Assembly: GCA_964447115.1 (NCBI GenBank)
Contig: CAYURV010000001.1
Span: 1-30,304, forward strand
Source of the DNA: an uncultured Candidatus Bathyarchaeia archaeon
GTDB taxonomy: Archaea > Thermoproteota > Bathyarchaeia > Bathyarchaeales > DTEX01
Direction of reading: 5' to 3'
DNA: 30,304 nt
Shown here one piece after another: positions 10,168 through 18,905 of the stretch (positions are counted from its first letter, which is position 1; each line of letters starts with the position of its first letter). A program made the position numbers and the translations under genes. The notes beneath the pieces were generated by a model that was given only the letters and a program-made list of their open reading frames with translations, did not search any database and was not told the DNA's origin.

Positions 10168-10168
10168 G

Positions 10169-12055
10169 TTGAGCGAAGCTGGCAGATGGGGATTCCCTTT
10201 CAAGGACTTGGCGAGGAGGAAGTTTCAGACCGCGCTGACAATCATCAGCCTTGGCGTCTGCATATCTGTAACAGTTTTCCTCGTATCCTTCGGCGACAAC
10301 ATAGGCGTTAAAATCATCTCGATTACGGAAAGAGGACAAATCATAGGCTTCTCAGGCGTGTTTCTTAGGTTCATCTTCATGGTTGTCATTCTTAATTCCG
10401 TTGCCGGCATCATGGTTGCTTACTTTTTGATGACGGTGTCGACTTCTGACCGTGTTCGAGACATAGGCATCATGAAGGCTGTGGGTTGCCTGACGGATGT
10501 TGTCTTTGGCTATTTCAGTACTGAGCTCGCTGTTATCGTCTTTGCAGGCTGTTTGCTCGGCATCACGGGGGGAATCCTTCTCAACTTTGCCTCAATAGGC
10601 TTGATGAACGTGCTCGGCTTCTCTTTTACGATGAACTTCTCCAACCCATTGCTGATCATACTTATTGTCTTCTCGTTTGCCTTCAGTTTCTACATCTTGG
10701 GAATGCGCAAAATCGTTAGTTCAACTAGGATTGAACCTGCCAAGGCGTTGTCACCTCTCTTCTCTTTGAAGACTGTCCGACCATCTGGTTCTGGGTTTCC
10801 GCTCTCCTTTGGAAAGGGCTTTATAGCAAAGGTCGCTTCCAGAGACTTAAGCCGGAGACGATCGATGACTCTTCAAATTGTGGCTTGCCTCTCCGCGATT
10901 ATGGTATTGACAACCTTGGCCGTGGTCGGCGGGGTTGTAGCGAACGAGACCATGCAGAGCTATGTCGAAAGAGCAGTTGGAAGAGAAGTCTTACTCATTG
11001 CCGAGACTAGAATGGCAGAACACTATGAAAGTCTTCTCCGCACCTACGTTGGGGATAGCGCGACAGATAAAGTAAGCTACCTTGACGGCGAATACGTCAT
11101 TCCTGTCCGTGTTATTGAAGAGATTACAGCAATTGAAGGGGTCGTCAAAGTTGATCCTCGCCTCATCTTGGAAGCTACAGTCAACGAGTACCCATACATC
11201 CAGCCCGATCCCGATAAGCCCGGTCAGTACATCGAAACGGGCGGTTACAGGTCAACCACCGCTCTTATCGTAGGAGTCCAACCTCAAAGAATTGTGAGCG
11301 ATTGGCTGATACTAGGAGAAAGGATCTCTGCCGCCAATCCAGACGCCGCATTAGTTGGTGACACATTGGCGTTGACCATGTTCCAGAACCCTTGGCTACA
11401 GACTTTCAGGACTTTGAACTCTCAGTTCAAGGTTGCTGGTCTATGTTTGGACCCCTTGAACAACGGTCTGGTTGTGTATGTCCCCTTCGATCGGTTGTCC
11501 TCAATCACCCAGCACGACGCGTATAATATTTTGCTTGTGCAGGTCGACCCGTCTTATCCGTTGAGCCGTTCAAGGGTTCTTAGTGATATTGAAGCTATCA
11601 TCTCTGGGACGGGCTTAACAGTGCGTGACTTGAGTGTCGCTGTTGATGGGCAAAAGGCGTTTCTGAATCACCTCTGGTCGCTGCTGCTTTCGCTTTCATT
11701 GTTCTGCTTTGTAAACGCCGTCTCATCGCTTGCTGGCTACTTGATGCTTTCTATGTCGAGCCAGCAGAGGGACTTGGGGATAATGCGCGCCTTAGGCGCC
11801 AAGCCCAGAACTATCACGGGGCTTGCTCTGTTTGAGACAGCTTTACTCGTCTTGGTTAGCGGGATGATTGGGTTGCCAATAGGAACAGTCATAGTCTTCT
11901 GGTTCTTCATACCCGAAGCCGTTGTGTCCCAAAGAGCAATTCTCACAGCGGCTGGACTGCTCTCAGGGCTATTGTGCGCCTTATGCCTCACAAGCTTGTA
12001 TCCCGCCAGAAGAATCGTGAGGACACCCATAACTAGGGCGATGTCTCAAACCTAG
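10169..12055 (+). CDS. FtsX/MacB-family ABC permease with two permease repeats
   Basis: Two R(K/R)xxT-type TM1 motifs (LARRKFQT, LSRRRSMT) and two FtsX motifs (RVRDIGIMKAVG, QQRDLGIMRALGA). Start set at TTG 10169, 1 nt after the ATPase stop, rather than 10094. Confidence 0.9.
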   Translation: MSEAGRWGFPFKDLARRKFQTALTIISLGVCISVTVFLVSFGDNIGVKIISITERGQIIGFSGVFLRFIFMVVILNSVAGIMVAYFLMTVSTSDRVRDIGIMKAVGCLTDVVFGYFSTELAVIVFAGCLLGITGGILLNFASIGLMNVLGFSFTMNFSNPLLIILIVFSFAFSFYILGMRKIVSSTRIEPAKALSPLFSLKTVRPSGSGFPLSFGKGFIAKVASRDLSRRRSMTLQIVACLSAIMVLTTLAVVGGVVANETMQSYVERAVGREVLLIAETRMAEHYESLLRTYVGDSATDKVSYLDGEYVIPVRVIEEITAIEGVVKVDPRLILEATVNEYPYIQPDPDKPGQYIETGGYRSTTALIVGVQPQRIVSDWLILGERISAANPDAALVGDTLALTMFQNPWLQTFRTLNSQFKVAGLCLDPLNNGLVVYVPFDRLSSITQHDAYNILLVQVDPSYPLSRSRVLSDIEAIISGTGLTVRDLSVAVDGQKAFLNHLWSLLLSLSLFCFVNAVSSLAGYLMLSMSSQQRDLGIMRALGAKPRTITGLALFETALLVLVSGMIGLPIGTVIVFWFFIPEAVVSQRAILTAAGLLSGLLCALCLTSLYPARRIVRTPITRAMSQT

Positions 12056-12132
12056 AAGAAATTTATTGTTCCCATTGTGAAGGGAGACCGACAAGACTTA
12101 ATAATGTTACTGAAACTACAATATGTAGAGAG

Positions 12133-12543
12133 TTGCCGGTGAGCTATATGTCCGATGGCGACCGTCTAAGTCTGATTCTGACAGGGTCAGTGATTGGCGC
12201 GGCTATTAACACAATCGTAACATATCCATTATTGGTTATCAAAGAGTTTTTCTTCGGCCTGTTTACTGCGTTTTTGATCATTGCGGCAGCAATCATTTTC
12301 TTAAGGTTCTATCGTAGTTCGAATCTTGAAAGTTCAAGAAAGAGGCGTTTTTTGCTTCAAGGAATCAGCCTTGTTTCGTTCTTGTATGCAGGTGCGGATA
12401 TAATGCAGTTCTGGGTTGGTTCTTCGTTCATCATAGTGTCGTATGACCCTCCTTACCTTTGGCTAGGAGGAATCCCGTTGCCCGCTTTTCTGGGATCATT
12501 TTTGCTCGCTGGGCTTTTCACGCTCGCAGAACGGCTAGTTTAG
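12133..12543 (+). CDS. Hypothetical membrane protein (about 4 TM helices)
   Basis: Four hydrophobic segments with short loops; start uncertain (TTG 12133 or a downstream GTG/ATG). Confidence 0.6.
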   Translation: MPVSYMSDGDRLSLILTGSVIGAAINTIVTYPLLVIKEFFFGLFTAFLIIAAAIIFLRFYRSSNLESSRKRRFLLQGISLVSFLYAGADIMQFWVGSSFIIVSYDPPYLWLGGIPLPAFLGSFLLAGLFTLAERLV

Positions 12544-12588
12544 GTTCTTAAAGAGGAGAAGTCGAGAACTCTAGCTAAACCAACAATC

Positions 12589-13629
12589 TCATTGACCGTT
12601 GTATCGGTATCCGCGGCATTTTTCTATAACCCACATGACCCTTCGAACGCTTTCAGGAGTGACACCAAGCGGGGCTCTTTGACGTAATGTTTTGTAAAGT
12701 TCATCATAGAAGGTTAATGCGCCGCCGTCATGGTCCTCGACTGTTGCCCAGGTTTCCTCCTTCCAAGGAATTTCCTCCCAATTATAGCTCCGGTCGGGCA
12801 TCGGCTCTGTTTCCACCTGCCTCGGAGGAAGGTCATCAGGATCAAAGTACTTCCATTTAAGAGAAGAGGCTTCTCCTGTCAGACTTCCCTGGGTTCCCAT
12901 TACGAGCCATCTTTTCTCCGGATAAGCACATGCACGCGTCACTTCTATGTCGATTAAGGGAGACTCAGGTGCATTCAGGATTATTTTCACATGGTCTTCT
13001 GCATCACCCAAGGTCAGCGTCCTCTTTAGATCGCAGAAGACTTCTGGCTCTTTTTCTCCCAGAAGCTGAAGCGCTTGATCTATTACGTGAGGACCATTGT
13101 TACTCAGCTCGCCTCCCCCAAACCTTTTTAGGGTCTGCCAATCCCAACGCCTGCCAAAAGAATGCGAGCGCATTTTGATGAGAACGATGCATCCCAGCTT
13201 ACCTGACTTAATGACTTCTTTGACCTTTAGGAAGTCTGGGTCATACCTTCTATTTTGAAATACGGTTAAAAGATTGCCTGTATCTTTCCCCACTTCTATC
13301 ATGGCGTCTGCATCGGTGAGACTTGTTGCCATGGGTTTTTCGCAAACTACTTTCTTTCCGGCTTTTAGTGTACTTATAGTTTGTGAAGCGTGTAGATGGC
13401 TTGGTGTGGCTATCACCACTAACTCGATTTCATCCTCTCCGAGGAATGTACCGAAGTCTGAATAGGCCTTACACCCAAACTTCCGAACAGCTTCGACGCA
13501 CCTTTCCCCGATAGGATCAGAAACCGCAATTACCTTGTACATGTTTGGACGTTTGGCAAAGGCGTCGGCATGTATTCCCCAGCCACTTCTTCCAAGCCCT
13601 ACGATCCCAACTTTTACCTCCTTGCTCAT
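12589..13629 (-). CDS. Gfo/Idh/MocA family NAD(P)-dependent oxidoreductase
   Basis: Rossmann GIVGLGRSG, family motif VVCEKPMA, FQNRRYD and GGGELSNNGPHVID. Start ATG 13629 (TTG 13638 possible). Confidence 0.93.
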   Translation of the reverse strand: MSKEVKVGIVGLGRSGWGIHADAFAKRPNMYKVIAVSDPIGERCVEAVRKFGCKAYSDFGTFLGEDEIELVVIATPSHLHASQTISTLKAGKKVVCEKPMATSLTDADAMIEVGKDTGNLLTVFQNRRYDPDFLKVKEVIKSGKLGCIVLIKMRSHSFGRRWDWQTLKRFGGGELSNNGPHVIDQALQLLGEKEPEVFCDLKRTLTLGDAEDHVKIILNAPESPLIDIEVTRACAYPEKRWLVMGTQGSLTGEASSLKWKYFDPDDLPPRQVETEPMPDRSYNWEEIPWKEETWATVEDHDGGALTFYDELYKTLRQRAPLGVTPESVRRVMWVIEKCRGYRYNGQ

Positions 13630-13652
13630 GTCTTCCAAAACCTTCTACACAT

Positions 13653-14414
13653 CTAACGGAACAAGTTCAAAAGATACTTGGCGAATTCTGGTACACCAAT
13701 TTTGGCATCTTCCCTCTCTTCATACTCGATTGAGAGGAAACCATTGTAACCCAAGTCTCCAAGTATCTCCTTTATCTTCTCATAATTTAGTTTCACACCC
13801 TCAGCTACGCTCACTTTACTATGGATGTGAACAGCGTATGGAACCGTCTTGGCAACCTCGTCATAGGTTGATTCCCTATAGTTGCCCAAGTCCAGATTGA
13901 CCCTTACCCAAGGTGAATCCACCTGCTCAACGATCTTAACAACGTTATCCGCAGTAGCCGTAATACCACCATGGTTCTCCATGGCTATCACGATGCCTTT
14001 ATCCTCAGCATAGCTCGCGCACGACTTAAGAGATTCCACTGTCCACCCTGTTGCATCCTCAAGCGAATAGCCTTTAGGAATGTACCCAGCGAAAACGCGT
14101 AGACATGGAGCACCAAGTTCGCAGGCCAAGTCTAACCCTTCTATCACAAGTTGCATTGCATGTCTTCTTTCAGAGAAGTCTGGGTTACAGAAATCAGTGG
14201 AAATCCCTGCGCATGATACAGATAGCCCCCCTAGCAGTGATAGACACCTGAGCTTCCTAAGATAGATGGGATCCTTTGAAGGAAGCCAATAAAGCGTGAA
14301 TTCAATTCCGTCTAGTCCAAGACGGTAAGCTTCCTCTACGAAATCCTCATAACTCATTCTTCCATCTTCCAGATACTCTCTGTACGAGTAGGATGCGCAA
14401 CCTATCTTTATCAT
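13653..14414 (-). CDS. Sugar phosphate isomerase/epimerase family protein (TIM barrel)
   Basis: GLDGIE, AMENHGG, VNLDLGN, HIHSK and GYNGFLSIEYE; directly upstream of the oxidoreductase on the same strand. Confidence 0.9.
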   Translation of the reverse strand: MIKIGCASYSYREYLEDGRMSYEDFVEEAYRLGLDGIEFTLYWLPSKDPIYLRKLRCLSLLGGLSVSCAGISTDFCNPDFSERRHAMQLVIEGLDLACELGAPCLRVFAGYIPKGYSLEDATGWTVESLKSCASYAEDKGIVIAMENHGGITATADNVVKIVEQVDSPWVRVNLDLGNYRESTYDEVAKTVPYAVHIHSKVSVAEGVKLNYEKIKEILGDLGYNGFLSIEYEEREDAKIGVPEFAKYLLNLFR

Positions 14415-14472
14415 CCGCGTTCGCCCATGTTCAATAGAGGCTTTCAGTTTTTAAACCCTGTATAGGATTCAT

Positions 14473-15237
14473 TTGTATGTCTTACTACTCAACCATGTTG
14501 AAAGCTTTATTATACAATTGCTCCAAAGAAGCTATGAACTCGACTCTCAGAGATATGATCTAGGAGGTTCTGCCACGTCACTGGCAATCAACCCTGATGT
14601 AAGAGATATTTTTCCAGATTTATACGTTCTTGTCAGTATTATCAGAGGCGTTATAGTGAAGAAGGCTGATCCGCAGCTTGAATCCTTCAAAGAGGCCGTC
14701 ATCACAGAAACAAGGAAAACCTATGACCTGCAATCGGTGAAGGATGAGCCCATCTTCAGAGCATACCGAGACTTCTTCTGGAAGGTGAAAGTTGACCCAA
14801 CTAAGAACCGCCCTGCTGCCGAAGCCTTGATACGAAGGGCTCTAAGCGGCAATCCCTTACCCCAGATAAACACTCTAGTAGATTCTTATAATCTGGCCTC
14901 CATAAAAACAGAGATCGCCATCGCAGCTTTCGACGCTGATCGATTAAGCGGGAACCTCACGATGCGTTTTACAGACAGAGGCGAGGAGTTCCTCGGCATC
15001 GGCATGAAGAAACCTATGGCTCTTCAAGGAGGAGAGATCGTCATCCAAGATGAAAAGAAGTTGGTCGCCATTTACCCCTATAGAGATGCTGAAAACTCCA
15101 AGATCACGAACTCTACAAGAAATGTCATCCTGCTTTTCTGCGGCGTGCCAGGGATAAGTCTAGAAAAACTAGGTGCTGCGGTGACACTGGCTTCTGACTT
15201 GGTTAGGAAGTTCTGCGGAGGGGCCGCAAAACCTTAA
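14473..15237 (+). CDS. Stand-alone B3/B4 (PheRS beta editing-like) domain protein
   Basis: AYRDFFWK..VDPTKNRPAAEALIRR, LPQINTLVDSYNLAS, FDADRLSG and IYPYRDAENSKIT. The true start is probably downstream of 14473. Confidence 0.85.
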   Translation: MYVLLLNHVESFIIQLLQRSYELDSQRYDLGGSATSLAINPDVRDIFPDLYVLVSIIRGVIVKKADPQLESFKEAVITETRKTYDLQSVKDEPIFRAYRDFFWKVKVDPTKNRPAAEALIRRALSGNPLPQINTLVDSYNLASIKTEIAIAAFDADRLSGNLTMRFTDRGEEFLGIGMKKPMALQGGEIVIQDEKKLVAIYPYRDAENSKITNSTRNVILLFCGVPGISLEKLGAAVTLASDLVRKFCGGAAKP

Positions 15238-15279
15238 AATCCTAGAAAAAGATTGAGAAGGCGTGGAGAGGGACATGAA

Positions 15280-16041
15280 TTGTCGTTCGGGCTCAAGATG
15301 AAAGCGTCAGAGGAGAAGAAAGGCTCCAATATTGTCTTAGCCTTGGATCAGGTTCCAGGCGAACCTAAGATGCTGCTTTCTAAGAGCCTCGAAATCCTAG
15401 AAAAGGTACATCCATACGTCTGCGCGGTGAAGATCAATCGGCATCTCGTCCTTCCACTCGGACTGTTCCACGGCGTAGACAAGATTGTTAAGAAGGCGTT
15501 CATTCTTGGGTTGCCCACCATAATGGACTGTAAGATCAACGATATAGGATACACAAACCGGGTCATAGCGGAAAATTATTTCAAGGCAGGTTTTGACGCT
15601 GTGATTGCGAATCCCTTTGTAGGATGGGCGGAAGGGCTTCAGCCAGTGTTTGAACTTGCCAAGGAGATGGATCGCGGGGTAATTCTACTAGTCTATATGA
15701 GCCACAAAGCCGCTTGTGAGGGCTACGGCCAGAGGGTCCAAGATCCACGAACAGGAGAGGTCAAGCCTCAATACATGGTCTTCGCTGAAAAAGCCTTGGC
15801 ATGGGAAGCTGATGGCGCAGTTGTGGGAGCAACATATCCCGACAAGATAAAAGAAGTATATGCTATCTTGAAAGATGCGGTTCCCATCTACTCACCCGGC
15901 GTAGGCGTCCAAGGTGGAGACCTTAGAGCCGCTGTCGAAAATGGTGCGCGCTACTTAATCGTGGGGAGATCCATAACGCTGGCGGACAAGCCTGAAGAAG
16001 CTGCAAGAACCATTAGAGACGCAGCAAAGGGTAGGACCTAG
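15280..16041 (+). CDS. pyrF: Orotidine-5'-phosphate decarboxylase
   Basis: IVLALD, AVKIN, catalytic DCKINDIGYTN, VVGATYP, SPGVGVQGG and IVGRSI. Start TTG 15280 chosen (15253 or ATG 15298 possible). Confidence 0.95.
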   Translation: MSFGLKMKASEEKKGSNIVLALDQVPGEPKMLLSKSLEILEKVHPYVCAVKINRHLVLPLGLFHGVDKIVKKAFILGLPTIMDCKINDIGYTNRVIAENYFKAGFDAVIANPFVGWAEGLQPVFELAKEMDRGVILLVYMSHKAACEGYGQRVQDPRTGEVKPQYMVFAEKALAWEADGAVVGATYPDKIKEVYAILKDAVPIYSPGVGVQGGDLRAAVENGARYLIVGRSITLADKPEEAARTIRDAAKGRT

Positions 16042-16154
16042 ACCCTCAAGGGGCATAAAAGGCAATAGGACGACTGTACAGTTTCCTGATCACAAGCTTC
16101 TTTATGCGCGAACGAAATCTCAAAATAAGCAGTAAGGCGTAACACTATTGATAC

Positions 16155-16298
16155 TTACCGAGTCCATAGTTCCCGTCTGAGCAGGTCTCGAACCGCGGCT
16201 CGTATGGCTGCGCTTCGGCTGGGATACATGTTCTGTCTGACCAGTTCGTCGAGCCCCTCAAGATAAGCTTCAGGGAGGAGAACAGTTACAAGCTTCAT
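16155..16298 (-). CDS. Ribbon-helix-helix (CopG/Arc/MetJ) transcription regulator, CdrS-like, 47 aa; not in the supplied ORF track
   Basis: Hand translation of the minus strand: MKLVTVLLPEAYLEGLDELVRQNMYPSRSAAIRAAVRDLLRRELWTR*, ATG at 16298, TAA at 16155-16157; beta-strand, helix, SRSxAIRxAVR helix. Confidence 0.9.
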   Translation of the reverse strand: MKLVTVLLPEAYLEGLDELVRQNMYPSRSAAIRAAVRDLLRRELWTR

Positions 16299-16324
16299 GT
16301 TTTCACGCCCTTAACATAATATCA

Positions 16325-16360
16325 ACGTATATTAATACGTATTGTGCTTAGGTTTAAAAG
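16325..16360. promoter_or_regulatory. Divergent promoter region between the RHH gene and guaAB: inverted repeat ACGTAT-N4-ATACGT and TATA-like TTTAAAAG
   Basis: Inverted repeat at 16325-16340 and TTTAAA at 16353-16358, read directly; function is inferred. Confidence 0.4.
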
Positions 16361-16436
16361 AATTTGCTCCTAATGCAGATTATAGTCTGGGACCAATAGA
16401 GACCCTAGTTTATGTCTGCAAGGAGAGATCTTCGAT

Positions 16437-17639
16437 ATGGAAGAGTTTGAACCCAGAACCTTTGTGGAGAAGCAGATAGAAGAGATAGGAAATGCTCTTG
16501 GAGGCGAAAGAGCAGTAATTGCAGTGTCGGGTGGCGTGGACAGTTCAACTTGCGCTGTATTAACGCATCTTGCCGTCGGAGATAACCTAATCTGTGTGAT
16601 ACTGGACGACGCCTTCATGAGGGAAGGCGAACCTGAAAGAGTCGCCGAGCTACTCTCAAAGCCTCCTTTGAACCTGCCGATGAAGATAGAACGGGTTCAA
16701 GAACGATTCCTAGACGGTCTAAAAGGGCTGAGAGATGCCGAAGAGAAACGTAAGGCATTCAGGGAAACCTTCTACAGAACCCTCGGCGAGATATCCAAAA
16801 GAGAAGGAAGCCGATACATCGTTCAAGGAACAATATTGGCGGACATAATAGAGACAAAAGGAGGAATAAAGACTCAGCATAATGTTCTTGAGCAAATAGG
16901 AATCAGGACACGTGAACTCTACGGGTTTAAAGTTATCGAGCCCTTGGTGTCTCTTTTAAAGTGGCAGGTCAGAGAGGTCGCAAGATACCTGAAGATTCCA
17001 GCAGAAATTTCTGAGCGACAACCGTTTCCTGGGCCTGGGCTGGCTGTCAGGGTTGTTGGCGAAGTGCGATCCGAGAAGCTGGCTTCGCTCAAAAGGGCAA
17101 CGGCGATAGCAGAGGAGAACTTAGCCAAACACAAGCCGAGCCAGTACTTCGCGGCTATTATAGACAATCAAGAGAAGCAGGGCTACCCTTATCTAGGACG
17201 AATCCGAGAGACCGCTGCGAGATGTCTAGGGATTGATCGTGAGATGGTTTCGGCGAAAGTCTTTGTGGACAAGGCTACGGGTATCAAAGGTGAGGTTCGT
17301 AAGTATGGAGATATCGCGGCTCTAAGTTGTCTTGATGCCAAAGGCAAGATCTATTGGCCCAGTCTACAGGATTTGATCAAGCTCCAGAGAGCGGTCATAA
17401 GCGAAAGTCCATTCGTCGCTCGGGTCTTGTACAAGATATCTAAAAAGAAAGGTCGAGAGCCATATGTAATTGCGATTAGGGCTGTTGAAACTAGGGACTT
17501 TCTTACGGCTGAAGTGGCAGACGTGCCGTGGTTAACGCTGCAAATGACTGCTGACGGTATCCTAAAGAGGTGTTCGAATGTCTCAGCTGTCTATTATGAT
17601 GTGACACCTAAGCCACCTGCAACGATTGAGATGGAATGA
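16437..17639 (+). CDS. guaAB: GMP synthase subunit B (ATP pyrophosphatase subunit) with an extended C-terminal domain
   Basis: PP-loop AVSGGVDSS, QGTILAD, IKTQHNV, RQPFPGPGLAVRV and C-terminal YDVTPKPPATIE; no glutaminase domain. Confidence 0.93.
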   Translation: MEEFEPRTFVEKQIEEIGNALGGERAVIAVSGGVDSSTCAVLTHLAVGDNLICVILDDAFMREGEPERVAELLSKPPLNLPMKIERVQERFLDGLKGLRDAEEKRKAFRETFYRTLGEISKREGSRYIVQGTILADIIETKGGIKTQHNVLEQIGIRTRELYGFKVIEPLVSLLKWQVREVARYLKIPAEISERQPFPGPGLAVRVVGEVRSEKLASLKRATAIAEENLAKHKPSQYFAAIIDNQEKQGYPYLGRIRETAARCLGIDREMVSAKVFVDKATGIKGEVRKYGDIAALSCLDAKGKIYWPSLQDLIKLQRAVISESPFVARVLYKISKKKGREPYVIAIRAVETRDFLTAEVADVPWLTLQMTADGILKRCSNVSAVYYDVTPKPPATIEME

Positions 17640-17726
17640 GTCCCGTAGACTTTGGTTTGGAGAGAAACAGACAAGTCACTATTTAAGTAACGTATGTATA
17701 AATGTGAAAGGGGCGAAAGGGTATTG

Positions 17727-18050
17727 ATGAGGGTCATAGTTCAACGCATAGAATCCATAAAGGATCCATCGGGGAACCTTGGCAAACGCATAGAACTGGT
17801 TGAAGAAGACATGGTGCCAAGCTTCGCAATCAGACCTCCAAGTGAGGAGGCAAGGATGATTCAAGATGTTGTCAAGGCATTCCAGCAGCAGATACCCATG
17901 CTCGGTGTACGTACACAATTTAGCACGCCAAAGATTATCCTATTTCTTACAGAACAAGAATACGAAGAGCTAGGCGTACGGTTTGATGTGAACCAAGTTT
18001 ACGAGGTCGAACTATCAAGCCAATCCATAAAGTTTAGGAAGGTCTCTTGA
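17727..18050 (+). CDS. Arcadin-1-like protein (tentative)
   Basis: 107 aa; beta-rich ends with a central Gln/Pro segment and PKIILFLTEQEYEELG..FDVNQVYEV, matching my recollection of arcadin-1 family proteins. TATA-like TTTAAG at 17682. The ORF is solid; the name is less so. Confidence 0.6.
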   Translation: MRVIVQRIESIKDPSGNLGKRIELVEEDMVPSFAIRPPSEEARMIQDVVKAFQQQIPMLGVRTQFSTPKIILFLTEQEYEELGVRFDVNQVYEVELSSQSIKFRKVS

Positions 18051-18139
18051 ACTTCTACTCATATTTCATTTAAGAACAAGGGCTAACTGTGACTATTCGG
18101 CAATTCCGATGATCAAGAGGCGCCTTTGAGGTGTAGCTC

Positions 18140-18415
18140 TTGAGGGTTAGGGCTCACGTCTTTGTCAGGGGGTTTGTCCAAGGCGTCTTTTTCAGGCATG
18201 AGACTAGAAAGGCAGCGTATCGTCACAGTGTGACTGGATGGGTGCGGAATCTCCGCGATGGAGGGGTTGAAGCGGTCTTTGAGGGGGAGAGCAGGGATGT
18301 AGAAGCTGTGATCACCTTTTGTCAAAGAGGCCCACCCGGCGCATTTGTGAAGAATGTTGAGGTCATCTGGGAGGAACCAACTGGAGAGTTTAGAGATTTT
18401 CAGGTGCGTTATTGA
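18140..18415 (+). CDS. acyP: Acylphosphatase
   Basis: GFVQGVFFR phosphate loop, GWVRNLRDGGVEAVFEG and GPPGAFV. Confidence 0.96.
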   Translation: MRVRAHVFVRGFVQGVFFRHETRKAAYRHSVTGWVRNLRDGGVEAVFEGESRDVEAVITFCQRGPPGAFVKNVEVIWEEPTGEFRDFQVRY

Positions 18416-18539
18416 CCCTGCTCCTTATCCTAGTAAGACGTTAAGCTGGACCAAAAGGGATATTAGTCATTGGGTGTTGATATTGGTGAGTCTAGGTGGA
18501 TTACGAGGAGAAAACATTTCAAAAGACCGGATCGAGGTG

Positions 18540-18905
18540 ATGGGGTTGAGCAAAGGTTGGGTCCAAATCTGCCAAGATATCCTTGACCAGATGAAGAAGC
18601 TTTCAGAGAAAAAGGATAAGGACCGGTTGGACTTGGTTCAATCGATGAGGTTCTCTCTTTACGCCTTACATAGAAGTATCCTTGGCTGGCTGAACTGGGT
18701 GAGCAATCCTGATATAATGTCTTCTTTCAAGCAAGAGGAGCTTGACGAGATGAATGAGAGGCTCGTAAAATACGTTCAAGAGTTTATAGAGTATGATGTT
18801 GAGATAACAGAGAAGGGGGCTGATAAGAACTTGGCAGCCCAGAAGACAAGACGTGAGATCGAAGAAAGAGCCAGAAGAGGGCCGGAGGACATCTTCTACA
18901 TATAG
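18540..18905 (+). CDS. DUF2153-like conserved archaeal helical protein
   Basis: WV...DRLDLV...GWLNWVSNPDI...EFIEYDVEIT pattern. Start set at ATG 18540 after GAGGTG; the 18354 extension overlaps acyP and is unlikely. Confidence 0.75.
   Translation: MGLSKGWVQICQDILDQMKKLSEKKDKDRLDLVQSMRFSLYALHRSILGWLNWVSNPDIMSSFKQEELDEMNERLVKYVQEFIEYDVEITEKGADKNLAAQKTRREIEERARRGPEDIFYI

Noticed and set aside
10094-10168. Upstream extensions of the permease ORF (10094) and of the DUF2153-like ORF (18354)
   Set aside because: They overlap the preceding genes, and better-placed starts exist at 10169 and 18540.
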